A stretch of 64,000 bases of DNA from Eledone cirrhosa (GCA_964016885.1 OZ024751.1:29698001-29762000), one strand, 5' to 3'. Positions 40,093 to 55,331 are shown, numbered from the stretch's first letter. Notes: a model not told the origin generated them from the sequence alone. Made by a program: numbers and translations.

Positions 40093-40197
40093 TATAGAAA
40101 TAACTTCTACAGGACTAGAACTGTTTCATTTGTATGAAATCATCATGGTATCTTAGGAATGAAACAGTTTTAGTTCTGTAGAAGTCGTTTCTATAAT
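40091..40197. repeat. 40-bp imperfect inverted repeat
   Basis: Arms 40091-40130 and 40158-40197, followed by AATAAA. Confidence 0.8.
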
Positions 40198-40820
40198 AGA
40201 ATAAATATGGTTGTACTCTACTAACGTATTGAGTACCTTCTTTTTAACAGTGGATTCCTTCCTATATACATTGATATATATATATATATGTGTTGCCGCG
40301 GAAATGTTATCTTTTACTCAATTTTGCTATCTGAAGAAACCACGATATCTATTGCCATGGAAATATGTATAACATCTCAATTAATAAAAGACTCAATTAA
40401 TAAATGTTGAATGCTCGAAGTGAATTGTATCCTTGTCTACTGAATGTGTGTGTATGTATATATGTGTGTGTGTGTGTGTTAGAACACTATATATGTACGT
40501 ATAGATATATATGTATGTATACATATATATGTATGTATACATATACATCACTGCACATGAAAACATTTCTATATATCCCTTCAATCATCCTGCTAACACA
40601 TCTCTTTAATAGAACCCAAACAAGAATGTGCCACGGATTGCATATAAGCTCTATAAGACTTCCTGGCATATTGGTTTATTGTGAGACCCCAGAGAGATAA
40701 CTCTTGTCTTTTTGTTGGGGAGGCTGGTGCTGGGAGTGGGGACGGAAAAAAGAAATTTAACCCTAATTGCTTCTCCAAATGTTTCATGCCTAATTAAGAA
40801 GATATATAAATATATTTATG

Positions 40821-40990
40821 TAGTTATATGTTTATATAGTTATATGTTTATATAGTTATATGTTTATATAGTTATATGTTTATATAGTTATATGTTTATA
40901 TAGTTATATGTTTATATAGTTATATGTTTATATAGTTATATGTTTATATAGTTATATGTTTATATAGTTATATGTTTATATAGTTATATA
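40821..40990. repeat. 16-bp minisatellite (tagttatatgtttata), ~10 copies
   Basis: Visible. Confidence 0.9.
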
Positions 40991-41016
40991 TTTGTGTTTG
41001 GATAATCTTAATATCA

Positions 41017-41198
41017 TGGCAGTATCGGTAGAGGGTCGGACGCCATGCTTTGACGCATAGAGTTACGGCCCTTTCCAATCTCAGTTCAAATCCCGCCAAG
41101 GTTAACTTTGCCTTTCATCCTTACGGGGTCGATAAAATAAAGTACCAGTAATACACTGGGTAATTGCTGGCCTTGTGCCAAAAGTAGAAACAATTATT
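41017..41198 (+). mobile_element. SINE family A
   Basis: tggcagtatcgg A-box, gttcaaatcc B-box, gcctttcatccttacggggtcgataaaataaagtaccag central domain. Confidence 0.9.
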
Positions 41199-41604
41199 TC
41201 TAAATGGAAGCTAAAGTCAATGGTTATTTTTTTTTGAGGGGGGGGGGTCTTGTTGTTGTGCTTATTGCCAACCGATATGGGAATTTCTTAAGTATTATGT
41301 CTTTGGATAAGCTTCATAAGCACCATATTTTCTCAATTTCCTTTCACAATTGTCATACAAGTTCCTGCTTTCACAGAGCCTTTTTTTTTGTTTTGTTTTG
41401 GATTAACTTTTTCATTACCATATTACTAATGAAAGACACCACCTAGAATTTAGAAAATAATTGTATATATATTTTGGTCATGAATCTTGGGTAATGAATA
41501 AAAGAATACGATCAATGAATGCAAGCACATATAAACACACATACATTTACATATATACATAAACACACACATACACAATGTATGTGGATATATGTATGTA
41601 TATC

Positions 41605-41790
41605 CATATATATATAAAACTGAGGATGTCTGGGTGTGTGTCTGTGAGTTTGAATCCCTAAAACTCGAGAAGTACCCAACCTATTTTTTCAAACTTTATA
41701 TGTGTATTACTTATGTTTCAGGGAGTACAACTTTTTGATCCCCTAGGGCCCGCATTAGGTGAAAAACTGCGTTTTTTCAGGGACTTTCCA
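41605..41790 (+). mobile_element. Helitron-like 5' end fragment
   Basis: tccatatatatataaaactgaggatgtctgggtgtgtgtctgt...ctcgagaagtacccaacc resembles non-autonomous Helitron 5' termini; pattern recall only. Confidence 0.45.
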
Positions 41791-41868
41791 AGGACTATGT
41801 TCAAAAGATTACTCTCGTTACGTCATTCCATGAGAGTATCTTGGTCAGCATATGATTCTTTCACCCAA
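41790..41868 (-). mobile_element. Fragment of the mariner-like MITE family
   Basis: actatgtt...tcattccatgagagtatcttggtcagcatatg matches 26396-26455. Confidence 0.7.
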
Positions 41869-41956
41869 ATATCATACATACATATATATATATATATATC
41901 AGATAGGGTGTGGTAACAATCCAGGTAGACCATAACCAAACAGAGTACTCAATACT

Positions 41957-42138
41957 TGTTTCTACTTTAGGCACAAGGCCAGCAATTACCCAGTGCATTA
42001 CTGGTACTTTATTTTATCGACCCCGTAAGGATGAAAGGCAAAGTCAACCTCGGCGGGATTTGAACTCAGATCGTAAAGGGACGTAACTATGCTTGAAAGC
42101 ATGGCGTCCGACCCTCTACCGATACTGCCAATCCACCG
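41957..42138 (-). mobile_element. Full-length SINE family A with 16-bp target-site duplication
   Basis: cagagtactcaatact at 41941-41956 and 42139-42154 flanks the copy. Confidence 0.92.
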
Positions 42139-42753
42139 CAGAGTACTCAATACTAGGGGTAGTAGAGTGGGTAATATGAAAAGATTCGAAACGGCCGGAG
42201 ATCAGCCGTCGGGGTCCTGAATCTTTCATATATATATATATATATATATATGTATTCCCATAGAAACATACATGTGCATGTACATATACATCTATACATA
42301 CATACAAGGGTTAAAGAGTATATATTTATCTAAAAAAATTTATTATAATTCTATGTAAGAACTCTCCCCTTGCAAGCAGGGAAAAGTGGACATAAACTGA
42401 TGATGATGATGATGATGATGATATACTCTCAACACCAAGCTTAAAAATAATTATATTATAAAATTCTGCCAAGTTCTTCATTACTTTCAAAATTATTTGA
42501 ATATCATTGACAACGTCTTACATTGGAAACATTGTCTTGGAACCAAACACATAAACACCGACATATCTTAATACTAAACAATATACACGCAATTAAAAGC
42601 AATTATTTACACCACAAGACATTAGCTGTAAGAAAGTTGTAACTCCTGTAAATCTCTCTTTTGATATTGTATATTGTGTGTTGGTTTCTTGAATATGTTT
42701 CTTTTAAACTTTTGTTAAGATACCAAAAGATGACCTGGTGTTATGTGTAAAAG

Positions 42754-42801
<48 letters not shown>

Positions 42802-43145
42802 ATATGTATATATATGTATATATATATATATATGTATATACACATATATATATATATGTATATACATATATATATATATATATATATGTGTGTACATATA
42901 TATATATGTATACATATATATATATATGTGTGTACATATATATATATATATATGTGTGTACATATATATATATATGTGTGTGTACATACATATGTGTACA
43001 TATATATATAACCATATATATATATACATGTACATGTATATATATATATATAACCATATATATATATACGTGTACATGTATATATATATACATATATGTA
43101 TATATGTGTGTATATATTGTATGTGTGTGTATATATATATATACA

Positions 43146-43243
<98 letters not shown>

Positions 43244-43659
43244 CGTGTGTGTGTGCATGCATGTATATGCATGTGTGTATATATCATGGATATTGCTTCT
43301 TACCAAGATATCAGAAAAGTTAGAAGGAAATTTCTTCACCTTGAATTGCAGGAATGTATTAAAGAGATTCCATATTGAATTAAATATGGCTCATTCTTTG
43401 ACTAACTTTCAAGAAAGAGATATTTTCACAGCAAATCTTAACACCTTTTATTTTGAATGATGAGAATTGCTCAGGTAAATGGAAATGAGTTGTATTATAC
43501 ATATACATGCATGTAGGTATATATACATATATACATGTGTGTGTGTGTGTGGCTATTTATAAATATATATGTGTGTAGGTAGGTATGTATGTATGTGTGT
43601 GTGTATGTATATACATATGTACAACTGTTTATATTTATAGACATAGTATATATGAGTAG

Positions 43660-43706
<47 letters not shown>

Positions 43707-44159
43707 AATATAAAGTTATCTCTTCCACATTACTTTCTATCTTCCTATCTCTCTACATTTCTATCTGTCCATCTATCAATCTATCTATCTTCCTCTCTCT
43801 CTCTTCCTCTCTCTCTCTTTCTCTTCTCTCTCTCTCTATTTCTTCTCTTTCTTCTCTCTCTTTCTCTTTCTCTCTTTTCTTTATCTCTCTGTGTGTAATA
43901 TATATATACATATATATGTGTGTGTGTGTGTATATATACACACACACACACACACACATATATGTATATATATATGTATATATATATATATATATATATA
44001 CACCCTCATACACCCACATCTATAATCTTCCCTTTTATTTTACTTCTTTGTCTTTTTCACACTCTTCCTCTATAGTTGTCTGTTCTTCTCTGGTAGTCTC
44101 TTGTAACATATAACTTCTTTCATAACAATTATCTTCCACACCTACCAAACACCTCCACA

Positions 44160-45420
44160 TACACACACACATACACATCTATACATGAAACCTACACATA
44201 CACATATATACATGCAGCCTACACATACACATCTATACATGCAGCCTACATATACACATCTATATATGAAACCTACACACATACACATCTATACATGAAG
44301 CCTATACACACATACACATATATACATGAAACCTACACATACACATATATACATGAAGCCTACACATACACATCTATACATGCAGCCTACATATACACAT
44401 CTATATATGAAACCTACACATATACACATCTATACATGAAGCCTATACACACATACACATCTATACATGCAGCCTACACATACACATCTATACATGAAGC
44501 CTATACACACATACACATCTATACATGCAGCCTACATATACACATCTATACATGCAGCCTACACATACACATCTATACATGCAGCCTACACATAAACATC
44601 TATACATGAAGCCTATACACACATACACATTTATACATGCAGCCTACACATACACATCTATACATGCAGCCTACACACATACACATCTATACATGAAGCC
44701 TATACACACATACACATCTATACATGCAGCCTACACATACACATCTATACATGCAGCCTACACATACACATCTATACATGAAGCCTATACACACATACAC
44801 ATTTATACATGCAGCCTACACATACACATCTATACATGCAGCCTACACACATACACATCTATACATGAAGCCTACACATACACATCTATACATGCAGCCT
44901 ACACATACACATCTATACATGCAGCCTACACATACACATCTATACATGCAGCCTACACACATACACATCTATACATGCAGCCTACATATACACATCTATA
45001 CATGCAGCCTACACATACACATCTATACATGCAGCCTACATATACACATCTATACATGAAGCCTACACATACACATCTATACATGAAGCCTACACATACA
45101 CATCTATACATGAAGCCTACATATACACATCTATACATGAAGCCTATACATATACACACACACTCATACACACACATCTATACATGCAGCCTATACATAC
45201 ACACACATACACACACATCTATACATGAAGCCTACACACATATATACATGAAGCCTATACATACACACACATACACACACATCTATACATGCAGCCTATA
45301 CACACACATCTATACATGAAGCCTATACATATACACATCTATACATGAAGCCTACACACATCTATACATATACATACACACACATACACACACATCTATA
45401 CATGCAGCCTACACATACAC
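44160..45420. repeat. 27-31-bp minisatellite (tacacatctatacatgMagcctacaca)
   Basis: Dozens of copies; produces MQPTHTHLY read-through. Confidence 0.95.
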
Positions 45421-45688
45421 ACACATACCCACATGTATAGTAAAACATAATTTCTTTCCTAACAGTTACAGTCTTCTATATCCCGCTTACATACACACAC
45501 ACACACACATAAACACCACTACACACACACTCACACACACATATAAGGACAAACACACACACCTACGCAGACACGCACACACACACACATATATAAGACA
45601 CATACAACCAGATACCTACTTAAACATTCATACATATATGTATATATAAACATAGATATGTATATATATATATGTTTATATATACATA

Positions 45689-45761
<73 letters not shown>

Positions 45762-45846
45762 ATGTATGTATATATGTATATATGTATGTATATATATATA
45801 TGTATATATGCATGTTTATATGTATATATATATGCATGTTTATATG

Positions 45847-45882
<36 letters not shown>

Positions 45883-46424
45883 TATGTATATATGCATGTT
45901 TATATGTATATATATATATATGTATATATGTATATATATATATGTATATATTTATGTATGTATATATATATATATATGTATATATGTATATGTATATATA
46001 TATATGTATATATGTATATGTATATATATATATGTATATATGCATGTTTATATGTATATATATATATGTATATATGCATGTTTATATGTATATATATATG
46101 TATATATGCATGTTTATATGTATATATATATATATGTAAATATGCATGTTTATATGTATGTATATATGTGTGCGTATATGTGTGTACACACAGATATATA
46201 GCCACACATACAGCCAGACATAGATTACTAGAGAAACTCCAAGTATGGGGTGTCAATAGCAAACCTTAGCAAGTCAGGTGTGTAGTAGCACTTAGGGAAG
46301 ATGTGTTTAGCTTAATTAAATAGAATTCTTCTGTAATTCCAGCCAGTTGTTAATCACACTAATCAAGTGATAATATAAAGAATCATCATTAGTTCCTTCT
46401 TCTTTCTTTCCTATTAAAGCAACT

Positions 46425-46512
46425 GAATGTGTGTGGCTTAGTGGTTAGAGTGTTGAGCTCATGATCATAAGGTCGTTTGTTCAATTCTTGGATTTGGTGG
46501 TGCACTGTGCTC
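46425..46512 (+). mobile_element. SINE family B head fragment
   Basis: gtggcttagtggttagagtgttg...gttcaattc. Confidence 0.65.
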
Positions 46513-46514
46513 TT

Positions 46515-47115
46515 TTATCTACCTGTGTATTTATCTGTGTTTATTCCTCTGTTCTACCTGTGTCCTTCTATCTACATGTCTTCTACCTGTGTGCTATCTG
46601 ATTTTGTTTTACCTGTGTTCTTATATCAACCCGTGTTCAATCCATCTACCTGTGTTTCACCTGTCTTATAATTGTGTTCTTATATCAACCTGTGTGCTTA
46701 TACCTGTAGTTTACTTGTGTACTTCTATCTACCTGTCTTCTACCTGTCTGCTATCTAATTGGCTTTTACTTGTGTTTTACCTGAGTTCTTATATCAACCT
46801 GTGTTCGATCTAGCTACATGTGTTTGATCTAGCTACCTGTGTTTGATATAGCTACCTGTGTTTGATATATCTACCTGTGTTTCACCTGTCTTCTACCTGA
46901 GTTCTTATATCAACCTGTGTTCAATCTAGCTACCTGTGTTTTACCTGTCTTCTTATATCAACCTATGTTCTTCTATCGACCTGTCTTTTACCTGTGTGCT
47001 ATCTAATTGTCTTTTACCTGTATTTTACCCGAGTACTAATATCAACCTGTGTTCTAGTATCTACTTGTGTTGTTATATCTACCTTTGTTCTTCTATCTAC
47101 CTCTGTTCTACTTGT
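46515..47115. repeat. Degenerate acctgtgt-based minisatellite
   Basis: Recurrent tacctgtgt / tatcaacctgtgt units. Confidence 0.85.
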
Positions 47116-47151
47116 ATATACATACATATATATATACATATATATATATAC

Positions 47152-47203
<52 letters not shown>

Positions 47204-47361
47204 GGGGTAACAGATTACTGTTATAGGTAGTCGACTTAAGTGGACTACCTAAAATAAGTGGATAGCGATCTCTAGACCTACCAGTTCAGAGAAACAATTG
47301 TTAGCAATGAGATTAAAAACCTTTTTTGTATAGCAAACCGTGTCACTCTTCTTTCCTGATT

Positions 47362-47433
<72 letters not shown>

Positions 47434-47864
47434 TACAAGCAACACTGTACAATTATTTGCAAGTTATTCAAGAAAGATTGTAGGGGCTGGGGAGTTGTCT
47501 TCACACTTATATAGGAAACACAATCTCTAAATGAACATATATGTTATCAACTATATGAAGATGTCATCATAATCATCATCATTGTTTAACATCCCTATAT
47601 TTCATCTATCACCCCCCCCTCTCTATCACCCCCCCCCCCCTCCTCTATTTCTCCCTATATATATATTATATGTATATACACACATATGTATATATATATA
47701 TGCTAGCGTGTAAGATAGATGTTAAACGATGATTATGATGATGAGGAATATATATCTATATATATGTGTGTGTGTATATGTATGTGTATATATATATATG
47801 TATATGCATATATGTATAAATGTATTATGCATATGTATATATGTATATATATATATATATACAC

Positions 47865-47980
<116 letters not shown>

Positions 47981-48080
47981 TACATATATCTATATATATA
48001 TACACACATATATATATGTATATATGTATATCATCATCATCATCTTTGTTTAACGTCCATTTTCCACGCTAGCATGGGTT

Positions 48081-48125
<45 letters not shown>

Positions 48126-48419
48126 ACATATCCACATATATACATATATCTATATATATACACACATATATATATGTATATATATATACACATATTTATA
48201 TATATATATCACACATATATCTATGTATCAATCTGAACTATATGAATTGTTAGAAGACATCAATGTAAAAGAGGCAGAGTTCAACCCCTCCACCACCTAG
48301 TGTCACCTCAATTACTGTGTCCTTCATTAAAAATTGAATCTTCTTCATCCATTAGACCTTAACAGTCAATACTTAATCAGCTGTTTTTCAAATTACAACT
48401 TATTCAGCCTATAATTCTC

Positions 48420-48640
48420 TTTCCTTCCTACCCTTCTCTCTCACACACCCTCCTATCTCTCCCGTTCTCTCTCACACACCCTCCTATCTCTCCCCTTCTC
48501 TCTCTCACACCCTCCTATCTCTCCTCTTCTCTGTCACACACCCTCCTATCTCTCCCCTTCTCTCTCACACCCTCCTATCTCTCCTCTCTCTCTCACACAC
48601 CCTCCTATCTCTCCCCTTCTCTCTCACACATGCACACACC
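48420..48640. repeat. ~30-bp CT-rich minisatellite
   Basis: cacaccctcctatctctcc repeated about 7 times. Confidence 0.85.
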
Positions 48641-49527
48641 CCGTCTTCCTCTTTCTATGTACATCTCTATCTCTCTCTATCTCTCTCTCTCATCATCATC
48701 TCTCTTGCTCAAATCTCTGTCTCTCTCTCTCTCACCTCTCTCGCTCTGTGTTTCTCACTCACCCTCTCACTCTCTCTATCCCTTTCATCTCTATCTCCCT
48801 CTTTCCCTGTCTCTGTCCCTCTCTCTCTCTCTTGGTCGCTCTCTCTCTCTCTCCCTTTCATCCTGTTCCTCTCTTTCCCTTCCTCTCTCTCACTTTCACA
48901 GGCTCTCTCTCTCCCAGTCTCCCTGTCCCAGTATCTCTCTCTCTCTCTCTCCATCTACCCCCTCTGTCTCTACTTTCCCCTCTCACCCCCCCCCCTCTCT
49001 CCTAGAGTTGATAATTCTAATTTTCCTTCATTTTATTATATACTATATTATCTATTACTTTATATATCTGTATGTGGGGAATTATATATGCTAGGAACCA
49101 CACCAATAATAAAGCGGATACAACATGTGTATATAACATTGTATGAAGCACTGTGTGTGATGTGTGTATATATGTAATGTGTGTATATATGTAATGTATA
49201 TATAACTGTAATGTGTGCATATGTAATATATATGTAATGGGTATATAAGTAATATATATTTAATATATATATAACACTGTATGTAATGTGTGATATATGA
49301 TATATATATATACAACACTATGTAATGTATATATGTAATGTATATATAACTGTATATATGTAACAGTGTATAAAATACTGTATGTAATGTATATATAACA
49401 CTATGTATAGTAATGTATATATGTAATGTAAATGTATGTAATGTGTGTATAACATTGTAGGTAACACTATATGTAATGTATATGAAATGTATATATATGT
49501 ATAGTAATGTATGTAATTATATATATA

Positions 49528-49900
49528 CCCCATCCCACTACCCCTACTCCACCCCACCACCCCACTCCCACCAACACCACCCTCTCTCTGTAAAGTTATG
49601 TTGGTACCACAACATCCAGGCCAAAACAAATGAGGTCGTGTAGGTGTCACGATAAAAAAACACAGTCCACGCTGTAATGTGGCCGTGTAGGTAACACGGT
49701 GAAAACCTCCCAGTCCACACTGTAAACGTGGTTGGTGTTAGGAAGGGCATCCAGCCGTAGAAAACCTGCCAGACAGTCCCATACAGGCGAGACACGGTCA
49801 TACCACCAATCTTGCCTCAAGTGGGACAAATTCCCGTCTAAACCCATGCTAGCGGGGAAGATAGACGTTAAACGTTGATGGTGATGATGATGATGATGAT
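49528..49900 (+). mobile_element. 3'UTR of RTE-like LINE (5'-truncated)
   Basis: Colinear with 12210-12560. Confidence 0.9.
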
Positions 49901-49989
49901 ATATCACCTGGATCTCCTTGACCGACCAGTCTGTCGGGCGCCAATCGTGCTGTTTTAGCCATAAGATAACCATTGGCTGGGCAGGCAGG

Positions 49990-50077
49990 AAACAACACAT
50001 CACCCGGTCCCAGAATTGAACTCACAACCTTTCGATTGCAAGCCTAATGCTCTAACCACTAAGCCATGTGCCTTCAC
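49990..50077 (-). mobile_element. SINE family B head
   Basis: Reverse complement of gtgaaggcacatggcttagtggttagagcattaggcttgcaatcg...gagttcaattc. Confidence 0.8.
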
Positions 50078-50094
50078 TGATGATGAATATATAT

Positions 50095-51018
50095 ATAGTA
50101 CTATATATAATGTAGTGTGTATATGTAACATATATAATGTAGTGTGTATATGTAACATATATAATGTAGTGTGTATATGTAACTATATATGTAGTGTGTA
50201 TATGTAACTATATATAATGTAGTGTGTATATGTAACTATATATAATGTAGTGTGTATATGTAACTATATATAATGTAGTGTGTATATGTAACTATATATA
50301 ATGTAGTGTGTATATGTAACTATATATAATGTAGTGTGTATATGTAACTATATATAATGTAGTGTGTATATGTAACATATATAATGTAGTGTGTATATGT
50401 AACATATATAATGTAGTGTGTATATGTTACTATATATAATGTAGTGTGTATATGTAACTATATATAATGTAGTGTGTATATGTAACTATATATAATGTAG
50501 TGTGTATATGTAACTATATATAATGTAGTGTGTATATTTAACTATATATAATGTAGTGTGTATATGTAACTATATATAATGTAGTGTGTATATGTAACAT
50601 ATATAATGTAGTGTGTATATGTAACTATATATAATGTAGTGTGTATATGTAACTATATATAATGTAGTGTGTATATGTAACTATATATAATGTAGTGTGT
50701 ATATGTAACTATATATAATGTAGTGTGTATATGTAACTATATATAATGTAGTGTGTATATGTAACTATATATAATGTAGTGTGTATATGTTACTATATAT
50801 AATGTAGTGTGTATATGTAACTATATATAATGTAGTGTGTATATGTTACTATATATAATGTAGTGTGTATATGTAACTATATATAATGTAGTGTGTATAT
50901 GTTACTATATATAATGTAGTGTGTATATGTAACTATATATAATGTAGTGTGTATATGTTACTATATATAATGTAGTGTGTATATGTAACTATATATAATG
51001 TAGTGTGTATATGTAACA
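50095..51018. repeat. 27-28-bp minisatellite (actatatataatgtagtgtgtatatgta), ~33 copies
   Basis: Highly homogeneous tandem array. Confidence 0.95.
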
Positions 51019-51127
51019 TACCAACCTCATGGTGGTTACATTGTCTTAATTCTTGATAAAGTTATCATTGCTGCTACTACTGCTTATACACATTCTTTAA
51101 TATCTATCTAGCTATTTATCTACCCAC

Positions 51128-51285
<158 letters not shown>

Positions 51286-51331
51286 TACTTCAAAACATAA
51301 AAAAAAAAATAGACATTCATGTGATCAAATA

Positions 51332-51397
51332 TATTTTATTATACATATTTCAGAGGTACTGAGCTATTTCATTAGTACGTCCTCATCAGATAAAATA
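51332..51397 (-). ncRNA. Type I hammerhead ribozyme (in TA-bounded cassette 51286-51460)
   Basis: Minus strand: UAUUUUAU-CUGAUGA-GGAcGUACU(13 nt)AGUACcUCU-GAAA-U(AUGU)A-UA-AUAAAAUA. Confidence 0.85.
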
Positions 51398-51455
51398 CAT
51401 TGATGTCTGACATACCTCGACTGTGCTGATGGTTCAAATCCAGTCTTGGCAGTAA

Positions 51456-51500
<45 letters not shown>

Positions 51501-51574
51501 CCTAGCTATTTATCTATCTATCTACTACCTACCACTCTCTCTCTTCCCCCCCCCCCCCTCTCTATATGTATATA

Positions 51575-51610
<36 letters not shown>

Positions 51611-51791
51611 AAGAGGGGGAGACAGATTTGTGTGTTTGTGTGTATTTATGTATGTGTTTATATATATATTTCTGTATGCATTTATATACATATTTATACA
51701 TACACATATATTGTAGTCATACAGGCAGAACAGATAAAGCAACATTTAGAAAACTTAAACACAGACTTTTCTAGAGAAATACTCTAATGGA

Positions 51792-51841
<50 letters not shown>

Positions 51842-51986
51842 TATATACTTGAACATTTTTCTATGCACTGTCTGATATATACACATACATGTATAGACAC
51901 ACATAGACATGTACATAGACACACAGAGAAAGAGAGGCTTACAATCATAAACATACACACATACATACAGGCATACAATGGCAGAC

Positions 51987-52073
<87 letters not shown>

Positions 52074-52161
52074 AATGTACATGTATTTATATGTGTGTGT
52101 GTGTGCATATATGTATATATATTTATATATATGTGTGTATATATATATATATATATAAATA

Positions 52162-52209
<48 letters not shown>

Positions 52210-52443
52210 AACCCTTGCAAGCAGGGAAGAGCGGACGTAAAATGATGATGATGATGATGATGATGATGATATGTCCTTAATTCAACATGTTAACAACTCC
52301 TTCATTGGAAAAGAAAATAAAGACATGAATTTCGGTGGTCCTGTGTTTAACAGTTTCACAACTTAATTTAATGGTGTTAATAACTCACAGCACCTCCTTC
52401 TCACTTCTCCCTTTCTCTCTCCTGCTTTCTAACCCCCCCCCCC

Positions 52444-52481
<38 letters not shown>

Positions 52482-52936
52482 CCTCTTAAACATAAACTAG
52501 TCATTTCTCTTCTCTCTATCTTTCACTATCACCTCAGACTCAAACCACCTTGCATTACCATACCCCGACACCACCACACCAACATTGTTCAACACCATCA
52601 CCACCACCACCTCACCAGTAGCCAGCATTGCCCACACCACCATCTGCCCACCATTCCTGTGCCTTCCAACCTCCTAAATTCCTTGTCTTTCTCTCTCTAT
52701 TATTTTGTAACTAAATGATTTCACTGGTTGTGTTGGTGGCCTCCCCAATCTATTTGCCCCAGAGCTGTATGCCAATCAGCTAGCTGTCCTGTCCTGTAGG
52801 ATATGGCCCCCACAATCATTAGCTTTATCCATCTACCTATCTATCTATACTCTTCCTCATTGTTGAATCATCAGGTCTGTCTATCAGTTTATCATGTATC
52901 TCTCTCTCTTACTAAATGCATGGCTCTCTCTCTCTC

Positions 52937-52985
<49 letters not shown>

Positions 52986-53087
52986 GTATATATATATATA
53001 TATATAAATGTATGTATATGTGTATATACATACATACCCACCTATCTTTGCTGTAAAAGTTATACAATTGAACACAAAATAGTGCAG

Positions 53088-53144
<57 letters not shown>

Positions 53145-53163
53145 CTTTCTATCTATCTATCTA

Positions 53164-53202
<39 letters not shown>

Positions 53203-53225
53203 CTTTCTATCTATCTATCTATCTA

Positions 53226-53286
<61 letters not shown>

Positions 53287-54068
53287 CTTTCTATCTATCT
53301 CTTTCTCTCTGTATATATTGTTACATTGTTACAGGTTTGTGGGTTAAAATGAAATGAAATCAGCACCGACCACATTACCTTACATCCACCTATGTCGACA
53401 CCAGCACCACACCACCACCAACAACAACACATACACCACCACCAACAACAACACCACCACCACCACCACCAACGACAACAACAACAACAACAAAAACACC
53501 ACCACCACCAATGATGATAATGGTAAAAACTGTCGAAACTGGTGAAGCTGATTTCTTATTAGGGGTTTTGACTAGGAGACAAATTTAAATAAATGTTAAG
53601 TACAGAGAGAAGAAAAATGGTGACGATGCTGCTTGTGTCGGCCATATTTAGTATCTGGTCTCTGTTTCACGACTGCCTCCGGACAACATCTCTTGGCTAC
53701 ACTTCTTATGCCCCTTGTCAATATTAGAAGACACAAATTTTCATTTTGCTTCCGGCTAGGAAAAAATAAATGAATGAAGGAATAAATAAATAAATAAATA
53801 AAAAAAGGGCCATGATGGAAGTAAGCAAACCTACTTTTAAGAAGGAATGTAGATAACGAAGTGGGTGTATATATGTTTGGTGGGTGTATATATATATGTG
53901 TGTGTGTATGTGTATATATACATTATATATGTATGTATATATATATACATATATATACGCGTTATATATATATATATAAATATATATATATATTATATAC
54001 ATATATACATTTTTGTCTCTTGTGATTTGAAGATATATATCTATATATCTGTGTTTGTCTCTCCTTAT

Positions 54069-54122
<54 letters not shown>

Positions 54123-54474
54123 TGTGTTAAGCAGTGTAACTGTGGAAATGTGTGTGTGCATGTGTGTTTGTGTATATAGATATACATACATATATGCACA
54201 TGTATACCCATACAAACTGGTTGATTAGGTCATGAAGATTTTGTAAGTATATGTCGTGTTGGTGTACTGGTGTACTACAGTGTTGTGTAAAAGGTGTTGG
54301 TGTAGCAGTATGTAGTGTAGTAATGTATAGTGTGGGTGTTAGTGTTCTAGTATGTTGATTTATTAGTATTTTGGTGTACTTACATGAAAACCTTTGTATG
54401 TAGTGTTGAATGTGTTGGCATAATTGTTAAAAAAATGTTTTTTCTGAAAAGTTTTCATTCTATATATGTGTTTG

Positions 54475-54507
<33 letters not shown>

Positions 54508-54534
54508 TGTATATATATATATATATGTGTGTGT

Positions 54535-54796
54535 GTGTAAAGTGGTTGTGTATTTGACATGACAGAAAGCACCCAGTCCACTCTGTAAAGTGGTTGTGTA
54601 GGAGACACGGTAAAAAGGCTCCCAGTCCACACTGTAAATGTGGTTGGTGTTAGGAAGGGCATCCAGCTGTAGAAAACCTGCCAGAAACAGTTCTGTACGA
54701 GCGTAACACAGTCACCTGACCTGGCATTGCCCACAAGAGGACAACCCATCTAACCCATGCTAGTGTGGAAGAATGGATGTAAAACGGTGATGATGA

Positions 54797-54800
<4 letters not shown>
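54535..54800 (+). mobile_element. 3' end of RTE-like LINE
   Basis: cccagtccacactgtaaa...aggaagggcatccag...taacccatgctag...(gat)n then (TA)n. Confidence 0.85.
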
Positions 54801-54853
<53 letters not shown>

Positions 54854-55026
54854 GTTTAGATCACCGTTCCTCTTTTACAACAACATGGTATGTGGGTATG
54901 TCCTTGTATGAGTCATGTACATACATGTATATGTAAATCTATACATACTGAGACTCGTGTATATGTATAAGAATGTGTGTATGATTATATCAACTTGTAT
55001 ATATATACACACTCAATCAGAAACAC

Positions 55027-55064
<38 letters not shown>

Positions 55065-55331
55065 AGCAAGAAAAAACAAATGTAAAAAGTATGATGATAT
55101 ATATATACACACATACACAAATACATATCTATGTATACATTTTGTTTCCTTTTTACCTGTCAAATCATCAGGAATCAGGCTACAAATTAAAATAATACAA
55201 TACGCGCGCGTACCTATACTAACAAGCACACACATGCACATATACACACCTACACACAAACACACACACATACACCCTCTGCTCATTTGAACTCCATTCC
55301 AACCTCCACCTTCGTTATGAACACATGTATA

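Noticed and set aside
55130-55176. Minus-strand CUGAUGA...GAAAC...GUA candidate
   Set aside because: Helix II weak with a non-canonical closing pair, and helix I absent
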